Positions 31,923-44,100 of a stretch of 64,000 bases of DNA are shown piece by piece. Both the position numbers and the translations under genes were made by a program. The stretch covers positions 558,001 through 622,000 of the forward strand of contig CBFDEM010000002.1 in assembly GCA_965603825.1 (NCBI GenBank), given 5' to 3'. The stretch is from Blepharisma stoltei ATCC 30299 (lineage: Eukaryota > Protista > Ciliophora). Below the pieces are notes generated by a model. The model was not told the DNA's origin, did no database searches, and saw only the letters and a program-made list of their open reading frames with translations. How positions within the stretch are numbered: position 1 is the stretch's first letter; each line of letters begins with the position of its first letter.

Positions 31923-33311
31923 TTATAGGGAATTACTGAGTTCTTGATTTAAAGAATCCACGTATTCTTTTCTTTCAGTTTGAGAATTAGAATCTTCAGG
32001 AGCTTCTCTTGAAACTGCAGAATTAGAGCAAGATGGAACATTTGATATCATTCTTTTAGGGGTGTGGCTAACAGATGAAGAATCAAGCCTTCGATTTGTA
32101 CTTTCATTCGTGAAGCAATTTACAGCTGACACTTTGTAAGTCAAAGACAGTTTCCTATTAGCGATTGCTTCATTTACTTGTCTACAAAATTCATCTGGAT
32201 CTTCACTGATTTTCACCCCTTCACATATAAATTCACTTAAAGAGTCATTCTGTGTTAAAGACTCACACAATTTTTCAATAGCCAGCATGTCTAAATTTTC
32301 TATTTCGACAGAATGAGAAATATTTAATTTTCTCAAACTTCTTGATTCTAGCAATAAAGCTGACAATGCAAAAAGTGCCGAATTTTCATTGAAATTGTTA
32401 TAAGACACATCCAAACTTGTAATAACTTCAGGCAAGCTGTCTATTAAATCACAAAACCCTATCTCTGTTATGTGATTATTTTGAAGATCTAATGAAGATA
32501 GCGGCATTTCGTTTAAAAATGTGCTGATAATTATAGTAATTCCACTGTCCCCAAATCCAATACCTCCAAGCGCTATATGGTTTAGCGACCGATTTTCATG
32601 GATCTCTTTACAAAAAGCTTCAAAAACCGTAACATCACTCAGTGATTCGTTACCACTTAAAATCAATTCTTCTATATACCTATTGCATCCTAAGCTAATT
32701 GCAAATCTCGAAACTATTTCATGATCTAAAAACGCTTGCGAGTTAAAACCTAAATTTAAATGCTGAATACTCCTGTTTTGTGCTAAAATATCAGAAATTG
32801 CTAACAATGCCTCTGATGATAAATTTGAATCATAAAGGTTAAGCTTCAAAAGCGAAAAATTGTGTGAAAACAAAGCCTCCATAGCTTCTCCACTCTGCAA
32901 AATATTCCCTTGCAAAATTATTGATTTTGCTTTATTTAAAGACACTTTTGAAAACAATTCAGAAATCGCATATGTAGCTTTTGCGGTAAATGCAAGTCTG
33001 TTATTTCCTAAATCAAGGACTCTGAGACCAGAGTCCTTTTCTGCCGACTGAAAAGTTTTGAGTATTTTATTTAGGACTTCGAAGCTCAGCATGCAGTTTT
33101 GTAAAATCAATGCTTTTATGCTCAATTTTTTCTTGAAATATCTTTTTAAGAGATTGCATAAGAACTCGCAGGAATTTTCAAAAATGTAGTGATTTGATAA
33201 GTCTAGGACTGATTTATGCCGCCCAAAGACTTTTTTGGTGTATTCAACTGTCATGAACTCTTCTTTCAATTTCAACTTAATTAACTCATCTTGAGCTTCT
33301 TTTAGTTCCAT
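31923..33311 (-). CDS. RNI-like leucine-rich repeat protein, 462 aa
   Basis: Repeated LxxLxLxxN motifs. Confidence 0.9.
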   Translation of the reverse strand: MELKEAQDELIKLKLKEEFMTVEYTKKVFGRHKSVLDLSNHYIFENSCEFLCNLLKRYFKKKLSIKALILQNCMLSFEVLNKILKTFQSAEKDSGLRVLDLGNNRLAFTAKATYAISELFSKVSLNKAKSIILQGNILQSGEAMEALFSHNFSLLKLNLYDSNLSSEALLAISDILAQNRSIQHLNLGFNSQAFLDHEIVSRFAISLGCNRYIEELILSGNESLSDVTVFEAFCKEIHENRSLNHIALGGIGFGDSGITIIISTFLNEMPLSSLDLQNNHITEIGFCDLIDSLPEVITSLDVSYNNFNENSALFALSALLLESRSLRKLNISHSVEIENLDMLAIEKLCESLTQNDSLSEFICEGVKISEDPDEFCRQVNEAIANRKLSLTYKVSAVNCFTNESTNRRLDSSSVSHTPKRMISNVPSCSNSAVSREAPEDSNSQTERKEYVDSLNQELSNSL

Positions 33312-33333
33312 TTAAGATATTTAAACCAAAAAA

Positions 33334-35604
33334 TTAGCGCTTAAGTAAGTCGGTGGGCCTTTTTGCATATTTTTCAGAAACATGCATGCTTTTACGCTTG
33401 TCAATAACTTCTTGGAAGCTTGGGGAGTGCTCGTAAACTTGATAAGAATTGGTAGCTCTTCTGGCTCGGCCTTTTTCTTCCCATATCTGCTGGTTTTCTT
33501 TTAGCTGGTTAAGGCAATTTTTATTTAGAATGTCTGACCGTAGGTGCCCACATCATACCTCGAATAGAGGTATACAGATATTTTTTAAAAACCCAGCTTG
33601 ACTCTTGGCTATATCAGCATGCTCTCTATCACAATACATAGAAACTGGCTGTTTTCTGCTTTTTTCTATATCTCCTTGATTGTAAAACTCTTCACATACA
33701 AATTTTGTCCATTTTTCATGCAATTCTGGAACCTTTGCTGAGTGTCCTATATCAGCACATTTCAGTCCCATCGAAAAAATAAGGACTCTGTCATCAAAAT
33801 TATCAAGGGTTAAATCAGACAAAACAAGGGCTCTGGTCCTGAATCTTCCTAAAATTTCAAAGTGTCTTGACATATCAGTTTCAAGGATCATCTCAATGAT
33901 GGATTTTCTTGCCTTTAGCCAATCTTCATTGGACAGTTTTTCAAATAAATTACAGTCTTTTTTCCCCATTAAACTAAATGTCCTAGAGCAATGCATGTTT
34001 TCAAGAACACTGTTATCATTGTATTGGATTGCGACCTCTTCACGGTTATTTACAAGGAATCTGTTTGTTAAGCCTGGATGGCCTACATCGTGACCTAATG
34101 CAGCTATAATAGAAGTAAGCATATCAAGAGGTTCAAGCGAGGTTACATAATTGCTTTGGGTGAAAAAATAAAGCAAAGTATGCAAGACATCTGCGGCATG
34201 GCAAGCATTATGATAAGGGTTATTTTTATAGCTTTTTTCTAGTGTCTGAAAATATGTATCAATTACTATATCAGAAATCCCATACACAGTTTTCAAGTCA
34301 TATTTCGTAAACAAGTATTTCGCGACTATAGAAATACTTTGCCCAGTTGCTCCATGGACAAACCATATATCAAAATTCCAGAGTTTGCCTACAGAAGATA
34401 GCACACTTTCAAGCTCATCCACTCCATAAGTTTCAAATGGAAAAGCATAGACTTTATCGTTAACATCATTAATTGTAGTCCTCCTTTCATTTGTATGCTC
34501 TGACAGCCTTCTTGATGCATCCATATCCATGAAGTTTTCATTAATAAAAGCTCGGTCTTGATCATCAATATTTAAATTGTGCTCAATCCTGACTTCAGCC
34601 CAAAACGTCCCTCTTGCAATTTTCTTTTTAATGTTTTCCAGCTGTTTCTGTGCAGATTTTAGCTGATTTTTTACATCTTTGAACAGTATTACAGATGATG
34701 CATATTTTATATTCTGCTTTATTTTATCGCAGGCTGAAACCAATAGCTCAGTTTCTGTTTTAATTTCTGCCTGATCGCTATTTTGGTTTTCTTTAAAATA
34801 TGGCCTGGAGTTTTCTTCTTCTTTGGTTTTTCTCCAAAATAAGTTCCTCATCCTGTAGTCAGTTTGCTGGGCTTCTAGAGTTTGGAACATCAGATAAATG
34901 ACTATAATTGTAAACTCGGCTGCTACGGAATAGTCAGAAGCTGGGGAATAGCCTAAAGAAAGGCCTAAAAATAGAAGGGCAGATAGTGAACTAAGAATAA
35001 AAATGTAATAAAAACAGTCAAAAATGACTACTCGGAACATTGAAATAAAGCAGACAATTCCAATTGATGTGGGCAATTGATTGTGAGTGTATGAGGTTCC
35101 TGTTATTCCACATAAGATCCGATGGTCTCCCAATATAATATAGGCTAGAAATACTATGGCAAGTGTAAAAAACCAAATTCTATTATTGATAAGAAAATTT
35201 GAGCTTTTGCATAATGCGATAAGTATAAGTAAAGCAATTAGAGCTATAATTGAAAGTGAGACCAAGTGAAATAATAATTCCCCGTCCGTTTGATTTCCTT
35301 CTGAGTGTATAAGTAAGGCAAATACGGCCTGTGCTATTATATAAAGTGCTAAAAATAAGTAAAAAATTAGTAAGTTATTTCTGAACTCTTGGGACAGTTT
35401 TCTAGGATTTTCTCCTAAGCAGTATAATGCTTGGAGGTATTTTTTATTTAAACCTTTTTCATTAAACGAAAGAAGGTTCGGACTTAACGGGATTGCTGAG
35501 TTTTCGTGCTGTCCGTGATCAAGAATGGCATAAATCCCTGATTTGCTTTGTTTTGAAATACCTTGTTCTGCGACGTTAAGTTCCAGGCTCTTCGAGTTTA
35601 ACAT
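33334..35604 (-). CDS. Membrane-anchored class I cyclic-nucleotide phosphodiesterase, 756 aa (TGA 33553=Trp)
   Basis: About 6 TM segments; YHNACHAADV, HDVGHPG, LENMH, TDM, CADIGH, SQAGF. Confidence 0.95.
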
Positions 35605-35933
35605 ATGTTTATATTATGAAAAAAATTACGATTTTTAAGAGAAAATTAGATTATTTGGTTTCTTGTCTGGCTATTAAATTTTCCATCAGAATTTCCATTA
35701 TCTTCTATCCTATGGAGTAATAAATTTGATAATAAATTAAGAGTTAATACAAATACATGGCTCTATAATTTATAGGCCTTAGAAATTCAATACTGCGAAA
35801 AGAGAGCAAAGCCAGTCAAATATCAAATTTTTTCAAATTTATAGTTGAAAAACCCAAGTAGAAAGAGCTATATTTAATATAATTATGGATTTAAATTCAC
35901 CTTATAATGAAACTCTTGGCTTTTATAAGCAAT

Positions 35934-37436
35934 TTATGCTGATAATAGGGAAACTTCAAGTAAATTTGAATACCCTGCGATTTGTTTGGTTTTTACTTCA
36001 CTAATTACTTTTGTGCCACATAGCATCCCTCCAGTGACGATTAAAAAATAGGTTTTCAATAAATCCTCATTATGCCCAGCTTTATAATGTGGCCTGCTTT
36101 GGGTAATTTTCCTTATTTCTTCTGCAGTCGGAGGATAATATTTAAAAATCAGTTCTTGATTTAAACAGTTTGTATGGACACAACTGATATTTTTAATTGT
36201 ACTTAAATCAGCAAGCGTATAAGGGGTTTCTAAAACCTGTTTAATTATATCAATAACACTATACAAGCCAATCAAAGGCTGCAAATCAATATGAGGCAAA
36301 CAAATGGTCAACGGTGTAAATGGGTGCTCTTTTGTAGGTATTGGTGCATGCGTAATATAGATTGATGGATTTATACATCCTGAGTATTCAAGAATATTAT
36401 AAGGAAAAGGCATTTCACAAGGGCTTAGCAGTAATGGACAAATAACTATTACTTTTTTGGCTTTATCTCCAGAGATTCCAAAATCATTGAACACTTGTCC
36501 GTAGTCTATATATCAGTCGTTATTTTTATTTACAAAGTTTTGCTTGATGTCTTTTCCTGTCTCTACAAGTTTATATGCTGCTGTTATATAAACAGCTTTT
36601 GTACACATTATAGTCAGAATATTAACAATTTCATTGAGCTTTAATTTTGAAACTAAAACAATTTGATAGTTTGTTTGTAATTCTCTTAAGGAATTCGCAA
36701 AATCTGAGCGGACTTTTAAATTCATCGTGTTTTCGTTTTGATAAGAAGACGTTAAAACTCCTTCAATTGATATTATTAAAATTGCGTTGTTTTCCGTTAT
36801 TTTACGTGGTTTAAATAAAATACGATGCAGATAGCCTAACTGAGAAAAAATTTCTTTTGATGACAATAAGTGATTTCTTTGAAGGCTGCTAAACAATTTC
36901 GCTTTTTTACTATGAAAATTACTTGATCTGCATGAAGTCTCTGGGGTTTTATATTGAAAAATCGGGTATAATAGTGAGCTATTTGCACTCTCCTGGGTTG
37001 GCTTTGATATATCAAGGAAATTCGTGACTGTATTCAATCTATTCAGTTTTTGTACATTTTTCACTATAGGTTTTAGCACTGTTTTTGTGTTCATTCTTCT
37101 TATTTTCATTTTTTCAATCCCTGTGCCTTGCAGCGATATTTCAGAAAATGAGGGCTGCATGATATTCCCAGCTAAATTATTTGCTTCAATTTTTTCCCTT
37201 ATTACCCTTGCACGTGTTTTTTCTTCTAGATTCTGCGCAAAAGAAGCATTTACGGATGGAAGGACGTCGTAGCTTTTATGAAAAGTCCCATTCATTCAGA
37301 TGCTATTAAAGATATGTGGGTCGACTTGAGTGATTTTTCAATTTCCTCTTTTTTTTTCTTGGTTACTCTTCTTGTAATTCACGTTGTTAAAACTTGTTGA
37401 AAGATTTTTCTGGGAGCAGCTTCGCAATTTGCTCAT
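35934..37436 (-). CDS. Protein with degenerate HAD/FCP1-like domain, 500 aa; 3 TGA=Trp
   Basis: Single frame from ATG 37436; ILIISIEGVL..KVRSDF..LRELQTNYQIVLVS. Confidence 0.7.
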
Positions 37437-37594
37437 CGAAGATATACAATTTTTGTTTTAAATACTGAATAAATAATAGATTCAGGAGAATAATTTATTA
37501 TTAATTCTGCATATCATTGAAAATCAACTGGGATTCTAGACATAAGTCTTTTGTGATTGGGTTTTATTATAAGCAATTTAATTTATCATATTTT

Positions 37595-39745
37595 ATGATT
37601 GAAGAACACACTTGAATTGGATACTCAGCAGTTGCAGCAAGCACTGAAGCTCATGGGACATCAATTTCTGAGCTAGCTAACTCTGACGATTGCAAGCCTA
37701 GCTCATGGGAATGTGGAAGATTTGCAAATTTTCCTCAAGAAGTTATCATAAGACTTGATAATCGTGTACAATTGTCATATATAGTGATCGCGTCAAAACC
37801 TGAAAGAAATATCCCTGAGGTAGAAATTCACGTTGGGGATGGTCTTTATGGGTCATTTGTAGACGCTGAATATCATTTAGCTGGAAAATGCGAAAATATA
37901 ACTCACCAATTAAAACAAATCCCAATCAGAGGGATTGGAAGCTTCTTGAAATTTATTTTTACTAAAAAACCTAGGCCTACCCCAAATAACCCAAATGGCC
38001 AAATTGGGTTAGGTACTATAAAGATATGGGCAAGACCTTTGAATTATGCATCAGATATCAATGAAATAAATCCTGTCAAAACTCATAGCGACGACGTCGA
38101 CAAAATCCTTATGTCAATGGGCGTCCCATTAGAGCTTTTATTGTGATCAAAAGAAGACCAAAACTCATATCGTTATGCACCAATTGATGAAGACTCACGA
38201 GAAACCATTTTAGAACTCGACCAACGCCGTAACCAAGCTTATGAAGAAGAAGACTATGGAGCCTTAAAGCAGCTCACAAAGGACATCAAAAGGGTCTTTG
38301 ACATCGGAACTCAAATTTTGCAATTAAAAAGAGAGCTAAGTGTTGCAATCGCTAAAGAAGATTTCGATGCAGCCTTAGAGCTTAGAGACAGAATACGTGA
38401 GCTCGAAAAAGATAGAGACTCAATTGACGCTATGTATGAGACCAAACGCTATCAAAGAATGATTTTAATGGGAAAAGCATCAGATGCACATATGGCAATG
38501 GTCAATAAGCTGCTAGAAGAAGAAAGGCTAAGAGCGGAGCTACTAAGACGGCAAAGAGAAGAAGAAGCTGAAAGACATAGGCTTTATTTAGAAGAATTAG
38601 AAAGAAAAAGAAGACTCGACGAAATGAGGATGAATAAAAAAGAAGTCCCATCACCGCCACCTGCTAAAAAGCCGCAGAAAAGGGAACAAATTGTGGTAGA
38701 AGAAGAGCCGTATGGATATAATGAAGGAGATATTGATTTAGAGCCTTATTTAAGACCAAGGCTAAATGAAGCTGGAGGAAATGTGAGGGTCGCTGATATT
38801 GAAATTTTGAAAAGAGCAGATGTCAGGAAAATTTTGAGGGTTGTAGGAGTAAGGCTTTGGAGTGCACTGTATAGTGATAACTGGAGGCATAGAGAAGCTG
38901 CTATCAGAGCGTTTTTAGAGTTTTTAGAGTCCCCATTACTTCCAAAATACCAGCAAGACACCCGTGCGCTATTCAGGGCTGCTATTGATACTGCAATGAT
39001 TGCCTCTGATGACCGCGTCATGCCAATTTATCTATACGGCCTCAAAGTCCTTATAACAGCCATGTCTTCCCCCATTGGTGACACCAAAGTGACTGCAAAA
39101 ATGATAAACGATGGAATGCGCATCTTTATCCCTATTTTATTAGGAAAAGTTTCAGAGCTAAACTACCGCGCCCGTGACATTTCAATGCATACACTAATAG
39201 AGCTATTCAGACATCCTAACATAAAGCATGGCCCACTGATAGACTATATTATGTCAATTACTAACCCAACAGAAGGCCCAGTAGAAAAGCAGCAATGGAG
39301 AATCATTTTAGCCAGGCTTGAAATTTTATTGCACGTTATACAAGAATTAGGGGTTAAAAATGATGAGTGGAGCTGAAAAGACGTCTTCCATAAGCTCTTA
39401 GTACCACTATTAGGGCATGCGAATTCTGATGTAAGACAAACTTGTGTAGAAATAATCGTTGCATTGTATCAAAAAATAGGGATGGAGCTGAGGCTAGAAG
39501 TTGATGCTTTGGGGAGGAATATTAAACCTCAGCTGAGTCAGATCATTTATAAGAAAATGCTGGAGATTGATCAAAGCCAAGGAGAAAAACCAAATATGGA
39601 TGTGATTGAAGAAACACATGAATGGGCTGAACAGACACCGCCTGGGACTGGAAAAGGGAAAATTAGCTGGAATAAGCTTAAAGATATGATTACTAATTTG
39701 GCTGAAGAAGAAGCACAGAAGAAAAAGAAAAAAGAAGGGAATTAA
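37595..39745 (+). CDS. CEP104: CEP104-like (jelly-roll, coiled coil, TOG), 716 aa; 3 TGA=Trp
   Basis: IGYSAVAAS..WECGRFANFPQEVIIRL; AIAKEDFDAA; LYSDNWRHREAA HEAT/TOG repeat. Confidence 0.82.
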
Positions 39746-39792
39746 TTGTAATGTTGATAAACTATTGAAAATTGCTGAAAAATAATCATAAA

Positions 39793-40053
39793 ATGGTGAA
39801 AGTGCTGTATTTCGGTAGGGTTAGGGAAGATCTCGGGATTTCAGAAGAAAGCTATGAATTTAGTGGAAATTTGAATTTATTACTAGAGTTAATTAAAGAA
39901 AGGCATCAGAATATGCAGAATTTGATTGAAGGGGTGCTTGGCTCCAATAGTGACATTGCAATTGCTAAAAACTTGGAATATTTAACTACTCTTTCAAGTG
40001 AGATTTCAAATGAAGATGAAATTGCTTTTATTCCTCCTATTAGTGGTGGATAA
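39793..40053 (+). CDS. MOCS2A: Molybdopterin synthase sulfur-carrier subunit (MoaD/MOCS2A), 86 aa
   Basis: VKVLYFG..RE..G; EIAFIPPISGG C-terminus. Confidence 0.92.
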   Translation: MVKVLYFGRVREDLGISEESYEFSGNLNLLLELIKERHQNMQNLIEGVLGSNSDIAIAKNLEYLTTLSSEISNEDEIAFIPPISGG

Positions 40054-40231
40054 TCTATTTAAAATGTTTTTCGTCCTCTAAAATTAAAAATATCCTCAAT
40101 TTTTGCTATAATAAAAGTATAAAATAATTTTAAGTGCCACAACAAACGTTCTTCCTAAAAAAGTTTTTCCAAATAATACATAGTATCTTAGAACTTAATA
40201 AAATGAATATGTGTGTGCTTATAATCTAAAT

Positions 40232-40708
40232 ATGGAAGAGCACGGCAGGCATTTTTATTATCGCTATTACACACAATGCTTTGTCTTCATAAAGAAGATC
40301 TCTTACTATAGATATGACCAAAAATTGCCTGAAGCTGAGAGATATGCACTGAGATTTATGGACGAATATATGAGGGACAAATCATATTTAGGAGGGGTTA
40401 TTGGTGGAATTTGTGGATCAGCTATCTTGGCAGCTGTATTTTCATTTGGTTTGAAGCCTGATACGAGCATGAGGGTATTTATTCTCAAGAGTTTAATCTG
40501 TGTTTACGGCTTTTATAATTTCAAAACCTTTACGAATTGGGGAAGTCATTTTTCAATGATGATGTCTATGCCCAGGGTCTTCGAAATTCTAGACACTTTT
40601 CCAGTCGAAAACAGCTTTATAAGAACTGAAACAAAAAAATTCTTTGAAGAACTGAAAAAAGAAGAAAACAAAATCCAAGAAAATAAAGAAGTTTCTAATA
40701 ATAAATAA
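40232..40708 (+). CDS. Hypothetical 2-TM protein, ~158 aa
   Basis: ATG-TAA ORF with two hydrophobic segments. Confidence 0.68.
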   Translation: MEEHGRHFYYRYYTQCFVFIKKISYYRYDQKLPEAERYALRFMDEYMRDKSYLGGVIGGICGSAILAAVFSFGLKPDTSMRVFILKSLICVYGFYNFKTFTNWGSHFSMMMSMPRVFEILDTFPVENSFIRTETKKFFEELKKEENKIQENKEVSNNK

Positions 40709-40710
40709 GC

Positions 40711-43014
40711 TTATAATTCAATTACGCTTTTAGTTTCATCAAAGAATAAGCATGAAAAAATTTCATTGGCGAATTCTGGGAAATAAGTTACTGCACGCTC
40801 ACAGTCAGGACAGAAATTTACCTCAAGAATGTATGGCTGCTTGTTTTCGTCAAGCATCACGTCAAGGCCATAAATGGCACGAGATTTAGGGTTGTGCATC
40901 TGTGGGTGAGAGGTTGCAGCTATCGTGAAACATTCTTTAATTGCTTTATAGATTGAGTCCTGTACTGGTTGCCATGGGAGGCCATATTGCTGCTCATAGA
41001 GCTCTGCAAGCTCAGTGTCCATGATTTTCTTTAAATTGTGCCCTGAGTAGTTCATGACTGTAAAATGAGTTTCATATACGGAATCTTGAGAGTATGTAAG
41101 AGTAAATGGATTATTTGAAGATCTCACCCAAAAGCGGTCATAAACATAAACTTTTAATGGGGAAATGCTCTTTAGCAAGACTATAAATCTCAGGTCAAAC
41201 TTTTTCCCATTAATAAGTAATGGCCTGGTAAGGTATTTTTGGCAGATCTTAGGGCCAGTTTCCATAACTTTTATTATTGAATCCAAACTGTTTGTTATCC
41301 AAGTATCAAGGCTTCTGGACATGTTTATTGGCTTTAAGATCCAATGGTTGTCTTCGCCGTTGTCTTTTCTTTTTAAATATTCTCCCATTAAAGCTGGGAG
41401 CTCTTTATCAAGCTCAAATGTTAAAGGAAGCCAATTTACTTTGGCGTTTTGTTGGATTGTTTTTGCTAATTGGTTTTTCATCACTAAGCAGCCTTCATAA
41501 GGAAATTGATTTATAAATAGATCTGGCGAAAACGCATATTCTTTTTGACCTCCAATAAATAATTGTCCACGTATCCATAGGACATTTGCATCTTCTGGCT
41601 CACTGATTACAAACCTTGGGTCATTTAGTGACCTTTTAAAGAAATCAAGGTCTGTAGCGATTTTTAGAGGAATTTCAAAAACTTCAGCGCCACTGCTATT
41701 TTTTTCAGGCTCTACAGGTGAATTTGTCCCTAAGCATTTCAACCATTTATGATATTGAGTATCAATAGGTTCTCTTGGAATTTTGTACCATAAATAAAGT
41801 CGGTAAGACCTAAACTGTTCTTCACTAATCCCTGACAAGAAATTTCTTGTTACGATATCTCTTTCCAAAGCTGGAGTTATAGGCCACAACAGAGAATATG
41901 AAATTGGCTCACCTTGAGGAGGAATATATAAGAAAGGAGCTAAAGCAAAGTTAGGCATATCACTATGAGAAATCGAGCACCCAAATTCATCAAGAATATA
42001 CCACACTGAAGTTTCATCATATTGAGAAGATGTGGCCAATCTGTAAGTGCCAAAGAATTTCCATAGTTTTTCTATCACTAAATCTACTGGGCTAGGCTTG
42101 TATTTGACTGTATCATTTCCGTTTAAATATTTAAGATTCGGAAAATCGTCTAAAGTGTTTCATATTAATTCTTCATAATTTTTATCAATTTTCAAAATTT
42201 TGAATTTGTTTATCGCTGCTAGCCATTCATTAGTGATTACATTCCCTGTCATATCAATAGAAAAAGCGTTCGGTATCTGTTTAAGAATTTCTGGGTCAAT
42301 TCTGTTGATTTGTCTATCAGAAAAATCTATGTGGGTAACAGCAGTTAAATCCAGGGTATTCCCTAAATATTTTAAAGCCCACGTCCCAGCATTTTTGGTC
42401 AATTTCGAGTTCAGGATCTCTATATTTTTATAGTTATTTTCAATAAATTCAAACAGCTCTGACTCGTTCTCGCTGATTGGATTTTCATTAAGCCACAAAG
42501 CTTTTAAGCCACTTAAAACATTCTCAAATTGGCTGAACTCGGCGAAATTATTTCCCCACAAACTCAGCATTAAAATTCCCGGCATTATTGTAGGTATTTC
42601 GTCTATGCCTTGATTTTCGATATCCATCGAGTACGTCTGAAAGACTCCTGGCTTTTTTTCTTCCTGAATCCCAGGAATTTCCATCTTTTCTGGAATAATT
42701 CTTGCAATTCCTTCAAGTCTTTCCCATAGCCTTTCATTATTGCTTATTGTGGCTCTCATATCAGCCAATCTTGTGCTCCATGCATGATCTATCAGAAAAA
42801 CATTAGAAAAAGGATGCAAATCGCGTATAAGCATTACTTCTTGGCCTGTAATTTCGTCATACTCATTCGCTTTTTGCATGATTTTGAAGAAATCCCCGGT
42901 GTCAAAAATTTCACTTGTAAGTTTTTGATACAAAAGCGGGAAAATTTCTTCAGGGAAATTCATCCCAAATAGCTGAATTCTATGTTTTTCTAAAAAATCA
43001 GCAAGCCCTGCCAT
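40711..43014 (-). CDS. TTLL12: Tubulin-tyrosine ligase-like 12 with LRR insert, 767 aa (TGA 42160=Trp)
   Basis: VFLIDHAW, WYILDEFG..HSD.PNF, WILKP.N, KFDLRF, HFTVMNY, LEVNFCPDC. Confidence 0.93.
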
Positions 43015-43107
43015 TTTAATAATAAAAATTCTGGCATTAGAGTGAGCCTTAACGATTTTATAAAATTAAAATGAGAACAATAATTAAGAGGGAAGTCTTC
43101 TATTAGA

Positions 43108-43542
43108 CTATAACTTTCTTTCTCTTTGTAACTCAAGGAGTGGCTCAAAGTACTTTGTGTCCTTTAGGAAATGTGCAAATGTATAGGCTAAAAGGAGATC
43201 ATAAGTGATGAAAAAAGTCCAGAACCTAAAGTTTTGTTGGTATGGGTAAGTCCTGTAAGGAATATTCATAAAGCTTTTCTTGGCTGGGGATTTGTTTGTT
43301 AGCCAAGTAGCCACTGGAATGGCGAGAATTGATCCTAATAAGAACTTTGACCAGTAATTAAAACGATATTTAGTTACACGGTCATCATAATCTTGCAAGT
43401 AGCGTCTTGATGGGTCAGGGGCATAATTTCGATGGCGAAAGCGGCGATTTCTGAGCTCCCACTCCAGGTCGTCAAGGTATTTGAGCTCTTGTTCACGAGT
43501 TGGAACTGGAGGTATATAGTCTGAAGATTGGTTTTCAGCCAT
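43108..43542 (-). CDS. Hypothetical 2-TM protein, 144 aa
   Basis: GC-richer ORF with two hydrophobic segments. Confidence 0.72.
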   Translation of the reverse strand: MAENQSSDYIPPVPTREQELKYLDDLEWELRNRRFRHRNYAPDPSRRYLQDYDDRVTKYRFNYWSKFLLGSILAIPVATWLTNKSPAKKSFMNIPYRTYPYQQNFRFWTFFITYDLLLAYTFAHFLKDTKYFEPLLELQRERKL

Positions 43543-44100
43543 TATTTATAAGAAAATTAAGGTAAATGTTCAGGATTTAAATTAGCTGGCTTTTAATTAT
43601 TTCTTTAAGTTTTTTTTATTATTTCATTCCAAGCGATTGCGATATTTATATAAAGCAGAAATCTTTTGGAGATTTTCATAATATAAGGAAATTAGCTAAT
43701 TAATATTTCTAATCATTTATGCAATAAGAAACCCTAAAAGCTTATTTGAAAAATTCAAATAAATTATTAGTTTAATTTTCACCTAGTAATTTGGATAAAA
43801 TGATGTCACAAATATGTTAGGGAAAATTAATTTTTTATCCGAATTTAGATTGAATAATTTTATACCAGGCTATTTCTAGATAAAGCTAAGCTAATAGACA
43901 TTAATGCTCATTTCTAAAACTTTCTAATTTATTTTAGATGTAAAAAGCTATTCCATATCTATTTTAATATAACTGTCGTAATAAAGAGTATCTGCTTTTA
44001 ATGATAAGCTGATTTATTTTAGGATTGATAATGCTGCATAAAAGAAATCTTGAAAAAAGAAAAACAACAACCCTAGAATACTAAACTCAAAATAAGTAAT

